A stretch of 32,000 nt of DNA from Mycolicibacterium smegmatis (GTDB taxonomy: Bacteria > Actinomycetota > Actinomycetes > Mycobacteriales > Mycobacteriaceae). The translations under genes and the position numbers were made by a program. Below the pieces are notes generated by a model, which was given only the letters and a program-made list of their open reading frames with translations, was not told where the DNA came from and ran no database searches. How positions within the stretch are numbered: position 1 is the first letter of the stretch; each line of letters begins with the position of its first letter. Where the stretch lies: positions 2,340,001-2,372,000 of the forward strand of contig NZ_LN831039.1 of assembly GCF_001457595.1 (NCBI RefSeq), in the 5' to 3' direction. Of this stretch, positions 14,613 to 22,752 are shown one piece after another.

Positions 14613-14777
14613 CGTTCGGACTTGTGCGGTGTTCACATGGGCGAACGCCGAACATCGGACGAGCGGCCTCCCGGGCCTGTTCCCGGGGCCCCGCATCGAG
14701 GCCTCGGGGCACGGATCGAGGGCTCGGATGGGGCCGGTGTCGCGGCCGGGAAACCGGCCGGTGACAATCTCCTGGTG

Positions 14778-15668
14778 ATGGCGCAGGAGTATCCGAAGGC
14801 GAACGCTCTACCGGCTCAGGACGTGGGCCGGTTGTTGCTGCGTTGTGCTGATCGCCCCGGACTGGTGGCGGCGATCAGTGGCTTCCTGACCGCCGCGGGC
14901 GCCAACATCGTGTCGCTGGATCAGCACTCCACCGAGCAGGCCGGCGGCACGTTCATCCAGCGCACGATCTTCCATCTGCCCGGGCTCACCGCGGTGCGCG
15001 ACGAACTCGAACGGTCTTTCCGTGAGCAGGTGGCGGGTCCGTTCGAGATGGACTTCACCCTGACCGAGGCGGCCAAACCCAAGCGGGTGGCCCTCATGGC
15101 GTCGCGCGAGGACCACTGCCTTCTGGACCTCCTGTGGCGCAACCGGCGCGGCGAACTGCCCATGTCGGTGGTGATGGTGATCGCCAACCATCCCGATCTG
15201 GCCGAGCAGGTGCGCGCGTTCGGGGTGCCGTTCATCTACGTCCCGGCGACCAAGGAGAACCGCGCGGAAGCCGAGCAGCGCCTGCTCGAGTTGTTGCGCG
15301 GCAACGTCGATCTCGTGGTGCTGGCGCGTTACATGCAAATCCTCACCCCGGAGTTCCTCGACGCCGTCGGCTGCCCGCTGATCAACATCCACCACTCGTT
15401 CCTGCCTGCGTTCATCGGTGCGGCGCCGTACCGGCGCGCCAAGGAGCGCGGCGTCAAACTGGTCGGCGCGACAGCGCATTACGTGACCGAGGATCTCGAC
15501 GAGGGGCCCATCATCGAGCAGGATGTGGTCCGCGTGGATCACCGGCACACCGTCGAGGATCTCGTTCGCCTCGGCGCCGACGTGGAACGGCTGGTGTTGT
15601 CGCGAGCGGTCCTGTGGCACTGTGAAGACCGCGTGATCCGGTTCGGCAATCAGACCGTGGTCTTCTGA
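14778..15668 (+). CDS. purU: Formyltetrahydrofolate deformylase (296 aa)
   Basis: N-terminal ACT domain GRLLLRCADRPGLVAAISGFLTAAGANIVSLDQHS...GTFIQRTIFHLPGL. Formyltransferase core LVVLARYMQILTPEFL......INIHHSFLPAFIGAAPY.RA.ERGVKLVGATAHYVTEDLDEGPII.Q. Start ATG 14778 (GTG 14775 or ATG 14637 possible, but the 14637-14777 stretch has only about 70% GC3). Confidence 0.9.
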   Translation: MAQEYPKANALPAQDVGRLLLRCADRPGLVAAISGFLTAAGANIVSLDQHSTEQAGGTFIQRTIFHLPGLTAVRDELERSFREQVAGPFEMDFTLTEAAKPKRVALMASREDHCLLDLLWRNRRGELPMSVVMVIANHPDLAEQVRAFGVPFIYVPATKENRAEAEQRLLELLRGNVDLVVLARYMQILTPEFLDAVGCPLINIHHSFLPAFIGAAPYRRAKERGVKLVGATAHYVTEDLDEGPIIEQDVVRVDHRHTVEDLVRLGADVERLVLSRAVLWHCEDRVIRFGNQTVVF

Positions 15669-15683
15669 CCACGTCCGAGAGGA

Positions 15684-16142
15684 GTGACGGTGAAAGTCTT
15701 CGACAATCTTGACGCGCTGGCCGCGGCGGCGGGTACCGAGCTGGGCCCGACCGACTGGCTCGAGGTCACCCAGGACCGGGTGAACCTCTTCGCCGACGCC
15801 ACCGAGGACCACCAGTGGATCCACGTCGATCCGGAGAAGGCCAAGACCGGTCCGTTCGGCGGCACCATCGCGCACGGCCTGCTCACGCTGTCGCTGCTGC
15901 CGCACTTCACGCACCAGCTCTACCGCGTCGACAACATCACCATGGCGATCAACTACGGCTACAACAAGGTTCGGTTCATCACGCCGGTGCGGGTGGGAGC
16001 CAAGGTGCGCGCGCGGGCGCAGATCTCCGATGTGGCCAAGCTCGACGGCGCGGTTCAGGCGACCATGACGGTGACCGTCGAGATCGACGGCTCGGAGAAG
16101 CCGGCCGCGGTCGCCGAGTCGATCATCCGCTTCATCGGCTGA
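15684..16142 (+). CDS. MaoC-like (R)-specific enoyl-CoA hydratase / hot-dog dehydratase (about 150 aa)
   Basis: LGPTDWLEVTQDRVNLFADATEDHQWIHVDPEKAKTGPFGGTIAHGLLTLSL is the MaoC dehydratase signature. The GAGAGGAG SD fits GTG 15690 slightly better than GTG 15684. Confidence 0.85.
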   Translation: MTVKVFDNLDALAAAAGTELGPTDWLEVTQDRVNLFADATEDHQWIHVDPEKAKTGPFGGTIAHGLLTLSLLPHFTHQLYRVDNITMAINYGYNKVRFITPVRVGAKVRARAQISDVAKLDGAVQATMTVTVEIDGSEKPAAVAESIIRFIG

Positions 16143-16154
16143 CGTTCCGATACA

Positions 16155-16191
16155 AATCCGGTGGCCACGGCAATGCCGCGGCCGCCGGATT
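16155..16191 (+). terminator. Strong hairpin downstream of the MaoC gene (candidate intrinsic terminator)
   Basis: AATCCGGTGGCC (16155-16166) pairs with GGCCGCCGGATT (16180-16191): 12 bp including one G-U. An inner CGGC-aat-GCCG extension is followed by CGCGTGTTT. The T-tract is weak, as is common in mycobacteria. Confidence 0.5.
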
Positions 16192-16210
16192 CGCGTGTTT
16201 CCGGCAAACA

Positions 16211-16260
16211 TTGACAACTGTCAGATTTCGTTGACGTTCGTCAGTCAGCGCTGTTAGTGT
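16211..16260 (+). promoter_or_regulatory. Candidate promoter of the monooxygenase operon with two related 12-bp palindromes
   Basis: TGACA-ac-TGTCA (16212-16223) and TGACG-tt-CGTCA (16232-16243), centres 20 bp apart, both within TTGAC(A/G)NN(T/C)GTCAG. The second overlaps a -35-like TTGACG (16231-16236). An 18-nt spacer leads to the -10-like TAGTGT (16255-16260). AGAGGAG SD at 16273-16279, ATG at 16284. Confidence 0.4.
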
Positions 16261-16283
16261 GCTGCATCACACAGAGGAGCGCC

Positions 16284-17648
16284 ATGACACCAGCGTTGCC
16301 GCGAACAGCGATCATCGGAGCAGGCATCAGCGGCCTGACCGCGGGCAAGATGCTCAAGGACTACCGGGTCCCGTACACCACCTTCGAGACCTCGGACCGG
16401 ATCGGCGGCAACTGGGCGTTCGGCAACCCCAACGGTCACAGCAGCGCGTACCGCTCACTGCACATCGATACCAGCAAGCATCGGTTGTCGTTCAAGGACT
16501 TCCCGATGCCCGAGCACTATCCGTCGTTCCCGCACCACACCCAGATCAAGGAGTACCTCGACGCCTACGCCGACGCGTTCGGACTGCTCGACCACATCGA
16601 GTTCGGCAACGGCGTCGTGCACGCCGAACGGGGAGCCCACGGCGGCTGGGTGATCGAGGACCAGGCCAGTGCCCGCCGGGACTTCGACCTGCTGGTGGTC
16701 GCCAACGGGCACCACTGGGATCCCCGGATGCCGGACTTCCCTGGCGAATTCACCGGCGAGCAGATCCACTCGCACCACTACATCGACCCGAGGACCCCAC
16801 TGGATCTCACGGGAAAGCGCATCCTCGTCGTGGGCATCGGCAACAGCGCCGCCGACATCACCGTCGAACTCTCGTCGCGCACACTGCAGAACCAGGTCAC
16901 CCTGTCGACCCGGTCCAGCGCGTGGATCGTGCCGAAATACCTTGCCGGCCAACCGGGGGACAAGTTCTTCCGCACCACGCCGTACCTGCCGCTGTCGTGG
17001 CAGCGCAAGGCCGTCCAGATGATCGCGCCGATGCTCGGCACCGACCCGACGGCGTATGGGCTGCCGGCGCCGAACCACAAGCTGTTCGAGGCACACCCGA
17101 CCCAGTCGGTGGAACTGCCGCTGCGACTCGGCTCGGGCGACGTCACCCCGAAACCCAACGTGGCACGCCTGTCCGGCGACACCGTGCTGTTCGAGGACGG
17201 CACCAGCGACGTCTTCGACGTCATCATCTACGCGACCGGCTACAACATCACGTTCCCGTTCTTCGATCGGGATTTCATCAGCGCACCCGACAACCAGATC
17301 CGGCTCTACAAGCGCATGTTCAAGCCGGGCATCGACGATCTGGTGTTCATCGGGTTCGCCCAGGCCATCCCCACGCTGTTCCCGTTCGTGGAATGCCAGT
17401 CCCGCCTGCTCGCGGCCTACGCCGTGGGGCGCTATGCGCTGCCGTCGACCGACGAGATGGAACGCGTCATCGACGCCGATCAGCGGTTGCACGCCGGACA
17501 CTGCACCGACCGTCCCCGGCACACCCAGCAGGTCGACTACTTCTACTACGAACACGACATCCGGGCCCGCGAAATGCCCGCCGGGGCGAAGCGCGCCGAA
17601 CGCCGCGCCGCGGGCACGCGTACGGCGATCGTCGGGAGCGTGGCATGA
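16284..17648 (+). CDS. Class B flavin-containing monooxygenase (FMO / type II BVMO-like), 454 aa
   Basis: FAD GxGxxG: IIGAGISGLTAGK. FMO-identifying motif FxGxxxHxxxY: FTGEQIHSHHY. NADPH site: VVGIGNSAADI. ATGY motif: IIYATGYNITFPFF. ORF 16257 is trimmed to ATG 16284 (SD-supported). Confidence 0.9.
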   Translation: MTPALPRTAIIGAGISGLTAGKMLKDYRVPYTTFETSDRIGGNWAFGNPNGHSSAYRSLHIDTSKHRLSFKDFPMPEHYPSFPHHTQIKEYLDAYADAFGLLDHIEFGNGVVHAERGAHGGWVIEDQASARRDFDLLVVANGHHWDPRMPDFPGEFTGEQIHSHHYIDPRTPLDLTGKRILVVGIGNSAADITVELSSRTLQNQVTLSTRSSAWIVPKYLAGQPGDKFFRTTPYLPLSWQRKAVQMIAPMLGTDPTAYGLPAPNHKLFEAHPTQSVELPLRLGSGDVTPKPNVARLSGDTVLFEDGTSDVFDVIIYATGYNITFPFFDRDFISAPDNQIRLYKRMFKPGIDDLVFIGFAQAIPTLFPFVECQSRLLAAYAVGRYALPSTDEMERVIDADQRLHAGHCTDRPRHTQQVDYFYYEHDIRAREMPAGAKRAERRAAGTRTAIVGSVA

Positions 17649-18541
17649 CCTACACCGAGTTCACGTTCCATTCCGGCGGGCAGCGCTGCAGCGCCTGGCA
17701 TTTCCCGGCGGGCAGTGGTGGTTCAGGCAATCCGGTCGTCGTCATGGCCCACGGTTTCGGCGGCACCAAGGATTCCGGCCTGCAGCCGTTCGCCGAGCGG
17801 TTCAGCGCGGCAGGCCTCGACGCGGTGGCGTTCGACTACCGGGGCTTCGGCGCCTCCGAAGGTGAACCCCGGCAGAGCATCTCGGTGGAACGCCAGCTCG
17901 CCGACTACGACGCGGCGATCCGTGCGGCGCAGGCCATGCCCGGTGTGGACCCGCGCAAGGTGGTGCTGTGGGGCTCGTCGTTCTCGGGCAGCCACGTTCT
18001 ACGGGCCGCCGCGCGCAACACCGACGTGGCGGCCGTGATCGCCATGACCCCACTGACCAGCGGGCTGGCGGCCAGCCGTGCCGCCGTGACCCAGCGCGAC
18101 GTCGCCACGGCACTGCGCTGGACGCTCAAAGGGGTGAAGAGCCGCGTCGCGGCGGCCGTGGGTGGCGCGCCGACCATGATGCCGCTGACCGCCAAACCGG
18201 GGGAGCCCGGAGCGCTCGCGCTCGACGGCGCCTACGAGAGTTACCTCTCCATCGCCGGACCTACGTGGCGCAACGAGGTCGACGCGGGTGTGGGCATGGA
18301 GTTGGCGCGCGTCCGCACGGCCGCGGCCGCCAAGGCCCTCAAATGTCCGGTGCTGGTGCAGATCGCGGACTTCGACCGCTTCGTCCCGGCCGACTCCGTC
18401 GCCAAGACCGCCGTGCAGGCCCGCGCCCAGGTGCACCACTACGCGTGTGACCACTTCGACGTGTGGCCCGGCCACGACTGGTTCGACACCGCGGTCACCG
18501 ATCAGATCGCGTTCCTGCGCCGCACGCTGTCCCTGCGCTGA
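17645..18541 (+). CDS. Alpha/beta-fold hydrolase (esterase/lipase-like), 298 aa
   Basis: VVVMAHGFGGTKD (oxyanion region HG), nucleophile-elbow-like LWGSSFSGSH, C-terminal ...HHYACDHFDV (His). ATG 17645 overlaps the monooxygenase stop (ATGA). It appears in the ORF track only as the tail of the artefactual 16259..18541 ORF. Confidence 0.85.
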   Translation: MTYTEFTFHSGGQRCSAWHFPAGSGGSGNPVVVMAHGFGGTKDSGLQPFAERFSAAGLDAVAFDYRGFGASEGEPRQSISVERQLADYDAAIRAAQAMPGVDPRKVVLWGSSFSGSHVLRAAARNTDVAAVIAMTPLTSGLAASRAAVTQRDVATALRWTLKGVKSRVAAAVGGAPTMMPLTAKPGEPGALALDGAYESYLSIAGPTWRNEVDAGVGMELARVRTAAAAKALKCPVLVQIADFDRFVPADSVAKTAVQARAQVHHYACDHFDVWPGHDWFDTAVTDQIAFLRRTLSLR

Positions 18542-18551
18542 ATTCTTCTGC

Positions 18552-18611
18552 GCGAGCAGACGTGAAACTGCGCGAAATCCCGCGTTTTCGCGCAGTTATG
18601 TGTCTGCTCGC
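18552..18611. terminator. 60-nt compound hairpin between convergent genes (candidate bidirectional terminator)
   Basis: The outer stem GCGAGCAGAC (18552-18561) pairs with GTCTGCTCGC (18602-18611). The inner stem AACTGCGCGAAA pairs with TTTCGCGCAGTT across an 8-nt loop. It fills nearly all of the 74-nt gap between the hydrolase stop (18541) and the SDR stop (18616). Confidence 0.55.
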
Positions 18612-18615
18612 GGTA

Positions 18616-19437
18616 TCAGAACTGCGTCGAACCCAGGTCGACAGCCACCCGGCTCGCGGTGACGAAGCGCGATTCGTCGCTCGCCAGCCACACGGCGGCG
18701 TCGGCGATGTCCTCGGGTTCGGCGATGTAGTCCGGCAGGAACGGCGTGACCATCTGCATCAGGCCCGGATTGGTGTCGTTGGCGCGCGTGAGGGCGGCCA
18801 GCATGTCGCCGGTACCCATCGGGGTGTTGACGGCACCTGGATGCAGGCTGTTGACCCGGATCCGGTGCTTGCCCAGCTCGGCGGCGAACGCGCGGGCCAT
18901 GCCTGCGACAGCATGCTTGCTCGCGGTGTAGTGCACCATGAACGGCTGCATCTTGATGCCCGCCGCGGAGCTGATCAGGATGATCGAACCGCCGCGGCCC
19001 CCGTCGATGATGTGTTGGGCGCCGGCCATCACGGTGTTCCAGGTGCCGGTGACGTTGATGTCCATGACGTCGCGGAACGACTCGGGCGTGGTCTCGTTCC
19101 ACGGTTCCGGGACGGTGATACCCGCGTTGGCGACGATGACGTCGAGCCTGCCGAACTCGGCGACACCCTTGCCGACGACGTCGCGCAGTGCCTCCAGGTC
19201 GCGAGTGTCGGCCCTGGCGGCCAGGATTCGCCGACCCGTGGCCTCGACCAGGCGGGTGGTCTCGGCGAGATCCTCCGGCGTCGCCGAATCGTAGGGCACG
19301 CTGGGTGGCAAAGGCCCGGCGATGTCGACCGCGATGATGTCGGCGCCCTCCTTGGCCATGCGGACCGCATGCGCGCGGCCCTGACCGCGGGCGGCCCCGG
19401 TGATGAACGCGACCCGTCCGGTCAGCCGCTCGGCCAT
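18616..19437 (-). CDS. Short-chain dehydrogenase/reductase of the mycofactocin-coupled (carveol dehydrogenase-like) subfamily, 273 aa
   Basis: GRVAFITGAARGQGRAHAVRMAKEGADIIAVDI...PYDSATPEDLAETTRLVE is the distinctive N-terminus and insertion I associate with the mycofactocin-dependent SDR subfamily. Also ANAGI and YTASKHA (YxxxK). AGAGGAG SD upstream. Confidence 0.85.
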   Translation of the reverse strand: MAERLTGRVAFITGAARGQGRAHAVRMAKEGADIIAVDIAGPLPPSVPYDSATPEDLAETTRLVEATGRRILAARADTRDLEALRDVVGKGVAEFGRLDVIVANAGITVPEPWNETTPESFRDVMDINVTGTWNTVMAGAQHIIDGGRGGSIILISSAAGIKMQPFMVHYTASKHAVAGMARAFAAELGKHRIRVNSLHPGAVNTPMGTGDMLAALTRANDTNPGLMQMVTPFLPDYIAEPEDIADAAVWLASDESRFVTASRVAVDLGSTQF

Positions 19438-19479
19438 CGGATCTCCTCTGTGTCGGTGGGGTTGTCGTCGGCTTCGATG

Positions 19480-20697
19480 TCAGAGTTGACGCTGCGCGGC
19501 CTTCACCAGGCCGCCGCCGATGATCAGGCGCTGAATCTCGCTCGTGCCCTCGTACAGGCGCAGCAACCGGACCTCACGATAAATGCGTTCGACCGGAACT
19601 TCGCGCATATACCCTGTACCGCCGTGGATCTGGACGGCGAGATCGGCGACGGTGCCTGCCATTTCGGTGCAGTACAGCTTCGCCGCCGACGGGGCGATGC
19701 GCCGGTCCTCACCGGTCACCCACTTCTGCGCGGCGTCGCGCACCAGTGCGCGGCCCGCCATGACGCCGGTCTGCTGGTCGGCGATCATGGCCTGCACCAA
19801 CTGGAAATTGCCGATCGGCTGGCCGCCCTGCGTCGCGGTGGCGGCATAGGCGACCGATTCGTCGAGCGCGCGTTGCGCGGTGCCGACGGCGAGTGCGGCG
19901 ATGTGGACGCGGCCACGGGCCAGTGACGTCATCGCGGCGCGGTAGCCGACGTCCTCGCTGCCGCCGACGAGTGCCGCTGCCGGGACGCGGACGTCGGTGA
20001 AGTTGACGTCTGCGGTCCACGCGCCTTCCTGGCCCATCTTGGCGTCCTTGGGCCCGACTTCCACGCCGGGAGTGTCGGCGGGCACCAGGAACACCGCGAT
20101 ACCGGCGCCATCGGCGTCGGCCGGGCGGGTGCGGGCGAACACGACGAACAGCCCGGCCGTCGGTGCGTTGGTGATGAAACGCTTCTGGCCGTTGATCACC
20201 CAATCCGAACCGTCACGAACGGCCTTGGTGCGCAAGCCCGCCGGATTGGAACCCGCACCGGGTTCGGTGAGTGCGAAAGAGGCCACGACCTCGCCCGACG
20301 CGATGCCCTCGAGCCACTGCTGCTTCTGCTCGTCGGTGCCGAATCCGACCAGCACCTGACCGGCGATTCCGTTGTTGGTGCCGAACATCGACCGTAGTGC
20401 CAGTGACGTGTAGCCGAATTCCATTGCCAGTTCGACATCCTGGGCCAGGTTGAGGCCCAGACCGCCCCACTGCTGGGGGATCGCGTAGCCGAACAGGCCC
20501 ATGTTCTTGGCCTGCTCGCGGATGTCGTCGGGCACCTTGTCGGTGGCGAGGATCTCGTTCTCCCGGGGCACCACGGCATTTCGGATGAAGCTGCGGGCCT
20601 GCGCCAGGATCTCCTCGAAATCCTCGTCGCCCACTTCGGCTGCGGACTGGCCGTCGGTCACCGTTCCGGTCACAAAGACTCCTTTGCCTCTTGCCAT
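19480..20697 (-). CDS. Acyl-CoA dehydrogenase (canonical), 405 aa
   Basis: [29 protein letters not shown]-terminal [17 protein letters not shown] with the canonical catalytic Glu context. ORF 19480..20757 is trimmed to ATG 20697. Confidence 0.9.
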   Translation of the reverse strand: MARGKGVFVTGTVTDGQSAAEVGDEDFEEILAQARSFIRNAVVPRENEILATDKVPDDIREQAKNMGLFGYAIPQQWGGLGLNLAQDVELAMEFGYTSLALRSMFGTNNGIAGQVLVGFGTDEQKQQWLEGIASGEVVASFALTEPGAGSNPAGLRTKAVRDGSDWVINGQKRFITNAPTAGLFVVFARTRPADADGAGIAVFLVPADTPGVEVGPKDAKMGQEGAWTADVNFTDVRVPAAALVGGSEDVGYRAAMTSLARGRVHIAALAVGTAQRALDESVAYAATATQGGQPIGNFQLVQAMIADQQTGVMAGRALVRDAAQKWVTGEDRRIAPSAAKLYCTEMAGTVADLAVQIHGGTGYMREVPVERIYREVRLLRLYEGTSEIQRLIIGGGLVKAAQRQL

Positions 20698-20710
20698 AGG
20701 GGTAGCGAGT

Positions 20711-20740
20711 TCCAGATATCGTATATGAAATATGATCGAG
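20711..20740. promoter_or_regulatory. AT-rich core of the divergent promoter region between the ACAD and FabG-like genes
   Basis: TCCAGATATCGTATATGAAATATGATCGAG stands out in a GC-rich background. It holds TANNNT-like hexamers on both strands (TATGAT on plus, TACGAT on minus) and an imperfect dyad TCGTATAT-gaa-ATATGATCGA. No binding protein can be assigned from sequence. Confidence 0.3.
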
Positions 20741-20784
20741 CCCGGGCGGTGCCCCAAGCGTCGACGAAGAGGACAGGTGATCGA

Positions 20785-21525
20785 GTGTCATTGCTGACCG
20801 GACAGACTGCGGTGGTCACGGGCGGAGCCCAGGGGCTCGGTCTCGCCATCGCGAAGCGCTTCATCTCCGAAGGCGCCCGCGTGGTGCTGGGCGACCTCAA
20901 CTCCGAGGCCACCGAGGCCGCGGTGGAGGAGCTCGGCGGATCCGAGGTGGCCGCGGCCGTGCGCTGCGACGTGACGTCGTCGGCCGACGTCGACGCTTTG
21001 GTGCAAGCCGCGGTCGAGCGGTTCGGCGGTCTGGACATCATGGTCAACAACGCGGGCATCACACGTGATGCGACATTGCGCAAGATGACCGAGGAGCAGT
21101 TCGACCAGGTCATCGCGGTCCATCTGAAGGGCACGTGGAACGGCACCAAGGCGGCCGCGGCGATCATGCGGGAGAACAAGCGCGGCGCGATCGTGAACAT
21201 GTCCTCGATCTCCGGCAAGGTCGGACTGATCGGACAGACCAACTACTCGGCGGCCAAGGCCGGCATCGTCGGCATGACCAAGGCCGCGGCCAAGGAACTC
21301 GCGTACCTCGGGGTGCGGGTGAACGCGATCCAGCCCGGGCTCATCCGTTCGGCCATGACCGAGGCCATGCCGCAACGCATCTGGGACGAGAAGCTCGCCG
21401 AGATCCCGATGGGGCGTGCCGGTGAACCCGACGAGGTGGCCAAGGTGGCGCTGTTCCTCGCGAGCGATCTGTCGTCGTACATGACCGGCACCGTGCTCGA
21501 GGTCACCGGCGGTCGGCACGTATGA
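20785..21525 (+). CDS. SDR, FabG-like 3-oxoacyl / 3-hydroxyacyl-CoA oxidoreductase (246 aa)
   Basis: [51 protein letters not shown]. Start GTG 20785 after a purine-rich GAAGAGGACAGG. Confidence 0.85.
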   Translation: MSLLTGQTAVVTGGAQGLGLAIAKRFISEGARVVLGDLNSEATEAAVEELGGSEVAAAVRCDVTSSADVDALVQAAVERFGGLDIMVNNAGITRDATLRKMTEEQFDQVIAVHLKGTWNGTKAAAAIMRENKRGAIVNMSSISGKVGLIGQTNYSAAKAGIVGMTKAAAKELAYLGVRVNAIQPGLIRSAMTEAMPQRIWDEKLAEIPMGRAGEPDEVAKVALFLASDLSSYMTGTVLEVTGGRHV

Positions 21526-22745
21526 GCATGCGCGACGCCGTCATCTGTGAACCCGTCCGGACCCCGATCGGCCGTTACGGCGGCATGTTCCGGTCTCTCA
21601 CCGCGGTCGACCTCGGGGTGACCGCGCTGAAAGGTCTTCTGGAGCGCACCGGTATCGCAGCCGATCAGGTGGAAGACGTCATCCTCGGGCACTGCTACCC
21701 CAACAGCGAGGCGCCCGCGATCGGCCGCGTCGTCGCACTCGACGCCGGCTTGCCGATCACGGTGCCCGGTATGCAGGTCGACCGCCGGTGCGGTTCCGGT
21801 CTGCAGGCCGTCATCCAGGCGTGCCTGCAGGTGCGCAGCGGCGATCACGATCTCGTGGTCGCAGGCGGGGCCGAGAGCATGAGCAACGTCGCGTTCTACT
21901 CCACCGACATGCGGTGGGGCGGAGCACGTACGGGTGTGCAGATCCACGACGGCCTCGCACGCGGACGGACCACCGCGGGCGGCAAGTTCCATCCGGTGCC
22001 CGGCGGCATGCTCGAAACCGCCGAGAACCTGCGCCGCGAGTACCACATCAGCCGTACCGAGCAGGACGAACTCGCGGTGCGTTCGCATCAGCGCGCGGTC
22101 GCCGCGCAGTCCGAGGGCGTGCTGGCCGAGGAGATCATCCCCGTCCCCGTGCGCACTCGCGACGGCGAAGAGACCATCAGCGTCGACGAGCATCCGCGCG
22201 CCGACACCACGGTCGAGGCTCTCGCCAAGCTCAAACCGGTTCTGCTCAAGCAGGATCCGGAGGCGACGGTGACCGCGGGTAATTCCAGCGGCCAGAACGA
22301 CGCGGCCTCGATGTGCATCGTCACCACCCCGGAGAAGGCCGCCGAACTGGGGCTCAAGCCGCTGGTGCGGTTGGTGTCATGGGGTTCGGCCGGTGTGGCG
22401 CCCGACCTCATGGGCATCGGGCCGGTCCCGGCCACCGAGGTGGCGCTGGCCAAGGCCGGCCTGACTCTGGCTGATATCGATCTGATCGAACTCAACGAGG
22501 CGTTCGCCGCGCAGGCGCTCGCAGTGATGCGCGAGTGGAAGTTCGGCGAGGCCGACCACGAGCGCACCAATGTCCGCGGTTCGGGTATCTCGCTGGGCCA
22601 CCCGGTGGGAGCGACCGGCGGCCGGATGCTCGCGACGCTCGCGCGTGAACTCCACCGGCGCGAGGCCCGTTACGGGCTGGAGACCATGTGCATCGGTGGC
22701 GGTCAGGGTCTGGCCGCCGTGTTCGAACGGGTGCAAGAGGGATAG
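21522..22745 (+). CDS. Acetyl-CoA acetyltransferase / 3-ketoacyl-CoA thiolase (407 aa)
   Basis: Active-site Cys context [35 protein letters not shown]-terminal [15 protein letters not shown] 21522 overlaps the FabG-like stop (ATGA). Confidence 0.92.
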   Translation: MSMRDAVICEPVRTPIGRYGGMFRSLTAVDLGVTALKGLLERTGIAADQVEDVILGHCYPNSEAPAIGRVVALDAGLPITVPGMQVDRRCGSGLQAVIQACLQVRSGDHDLVVAGGAESMSNVAFYSTDMRWGGARTGVQIHDGLARGRTTAGGKFHPVPGGMLETAENLRREYHISRTEQDELAVRSHQRAVAAQSEGVLAEEIIPVPVRTRDGEETISVDEHPRADTTVEALAKLKPVLLKQDPEATVTAGNSSGQNDAASMCIVTTPEKAAELGLKPLVRLVSWGSAGVAPDLMGIGPVPATEVALAKAGLTLADIDLIELNEAFAAQALAVMREWKFGEADHERTNVRGSGISLGHPVGATGGRMLATLARELHRREARYGLETMCIGGGQGLAAVFERVQEG

Positions 22746-22752
22746 GGCGACG

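Noticed and set aside
14448-14696. 82-codon Cys-rich ORF upstream of the E1-like/nitroreductase operon as a RiPP precursor
   Set aside because: Its codon usage is strongly AT3-biased, unlike every confident gene here. The Cys codons coincide with the repeated GCAAAT DNA motif (ATT TGC CAA ATT TGC), and no SD is present. It is more likely non-coding and is mentioned in the findings only as a long shot.
14640-14777. ZTP (pfl) or THF riboswitch upstream of purU
   Set aside because: I found no match to the conserved cores I remember (for example the CCGCCTGGGC-type 3' subdomain of ZTP). Only generic GC-rich hairpins are present.
16259-18541. 760-aa ORF spanning the monooxygenase and hydrolase region
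   Set aside because: Only the last 298 codons (from ATG 17645) look like a real protein (alpha/beta hydrolase). The first about 460 codons are an Arg/Pro-rich alternative frame of the FMO gene.
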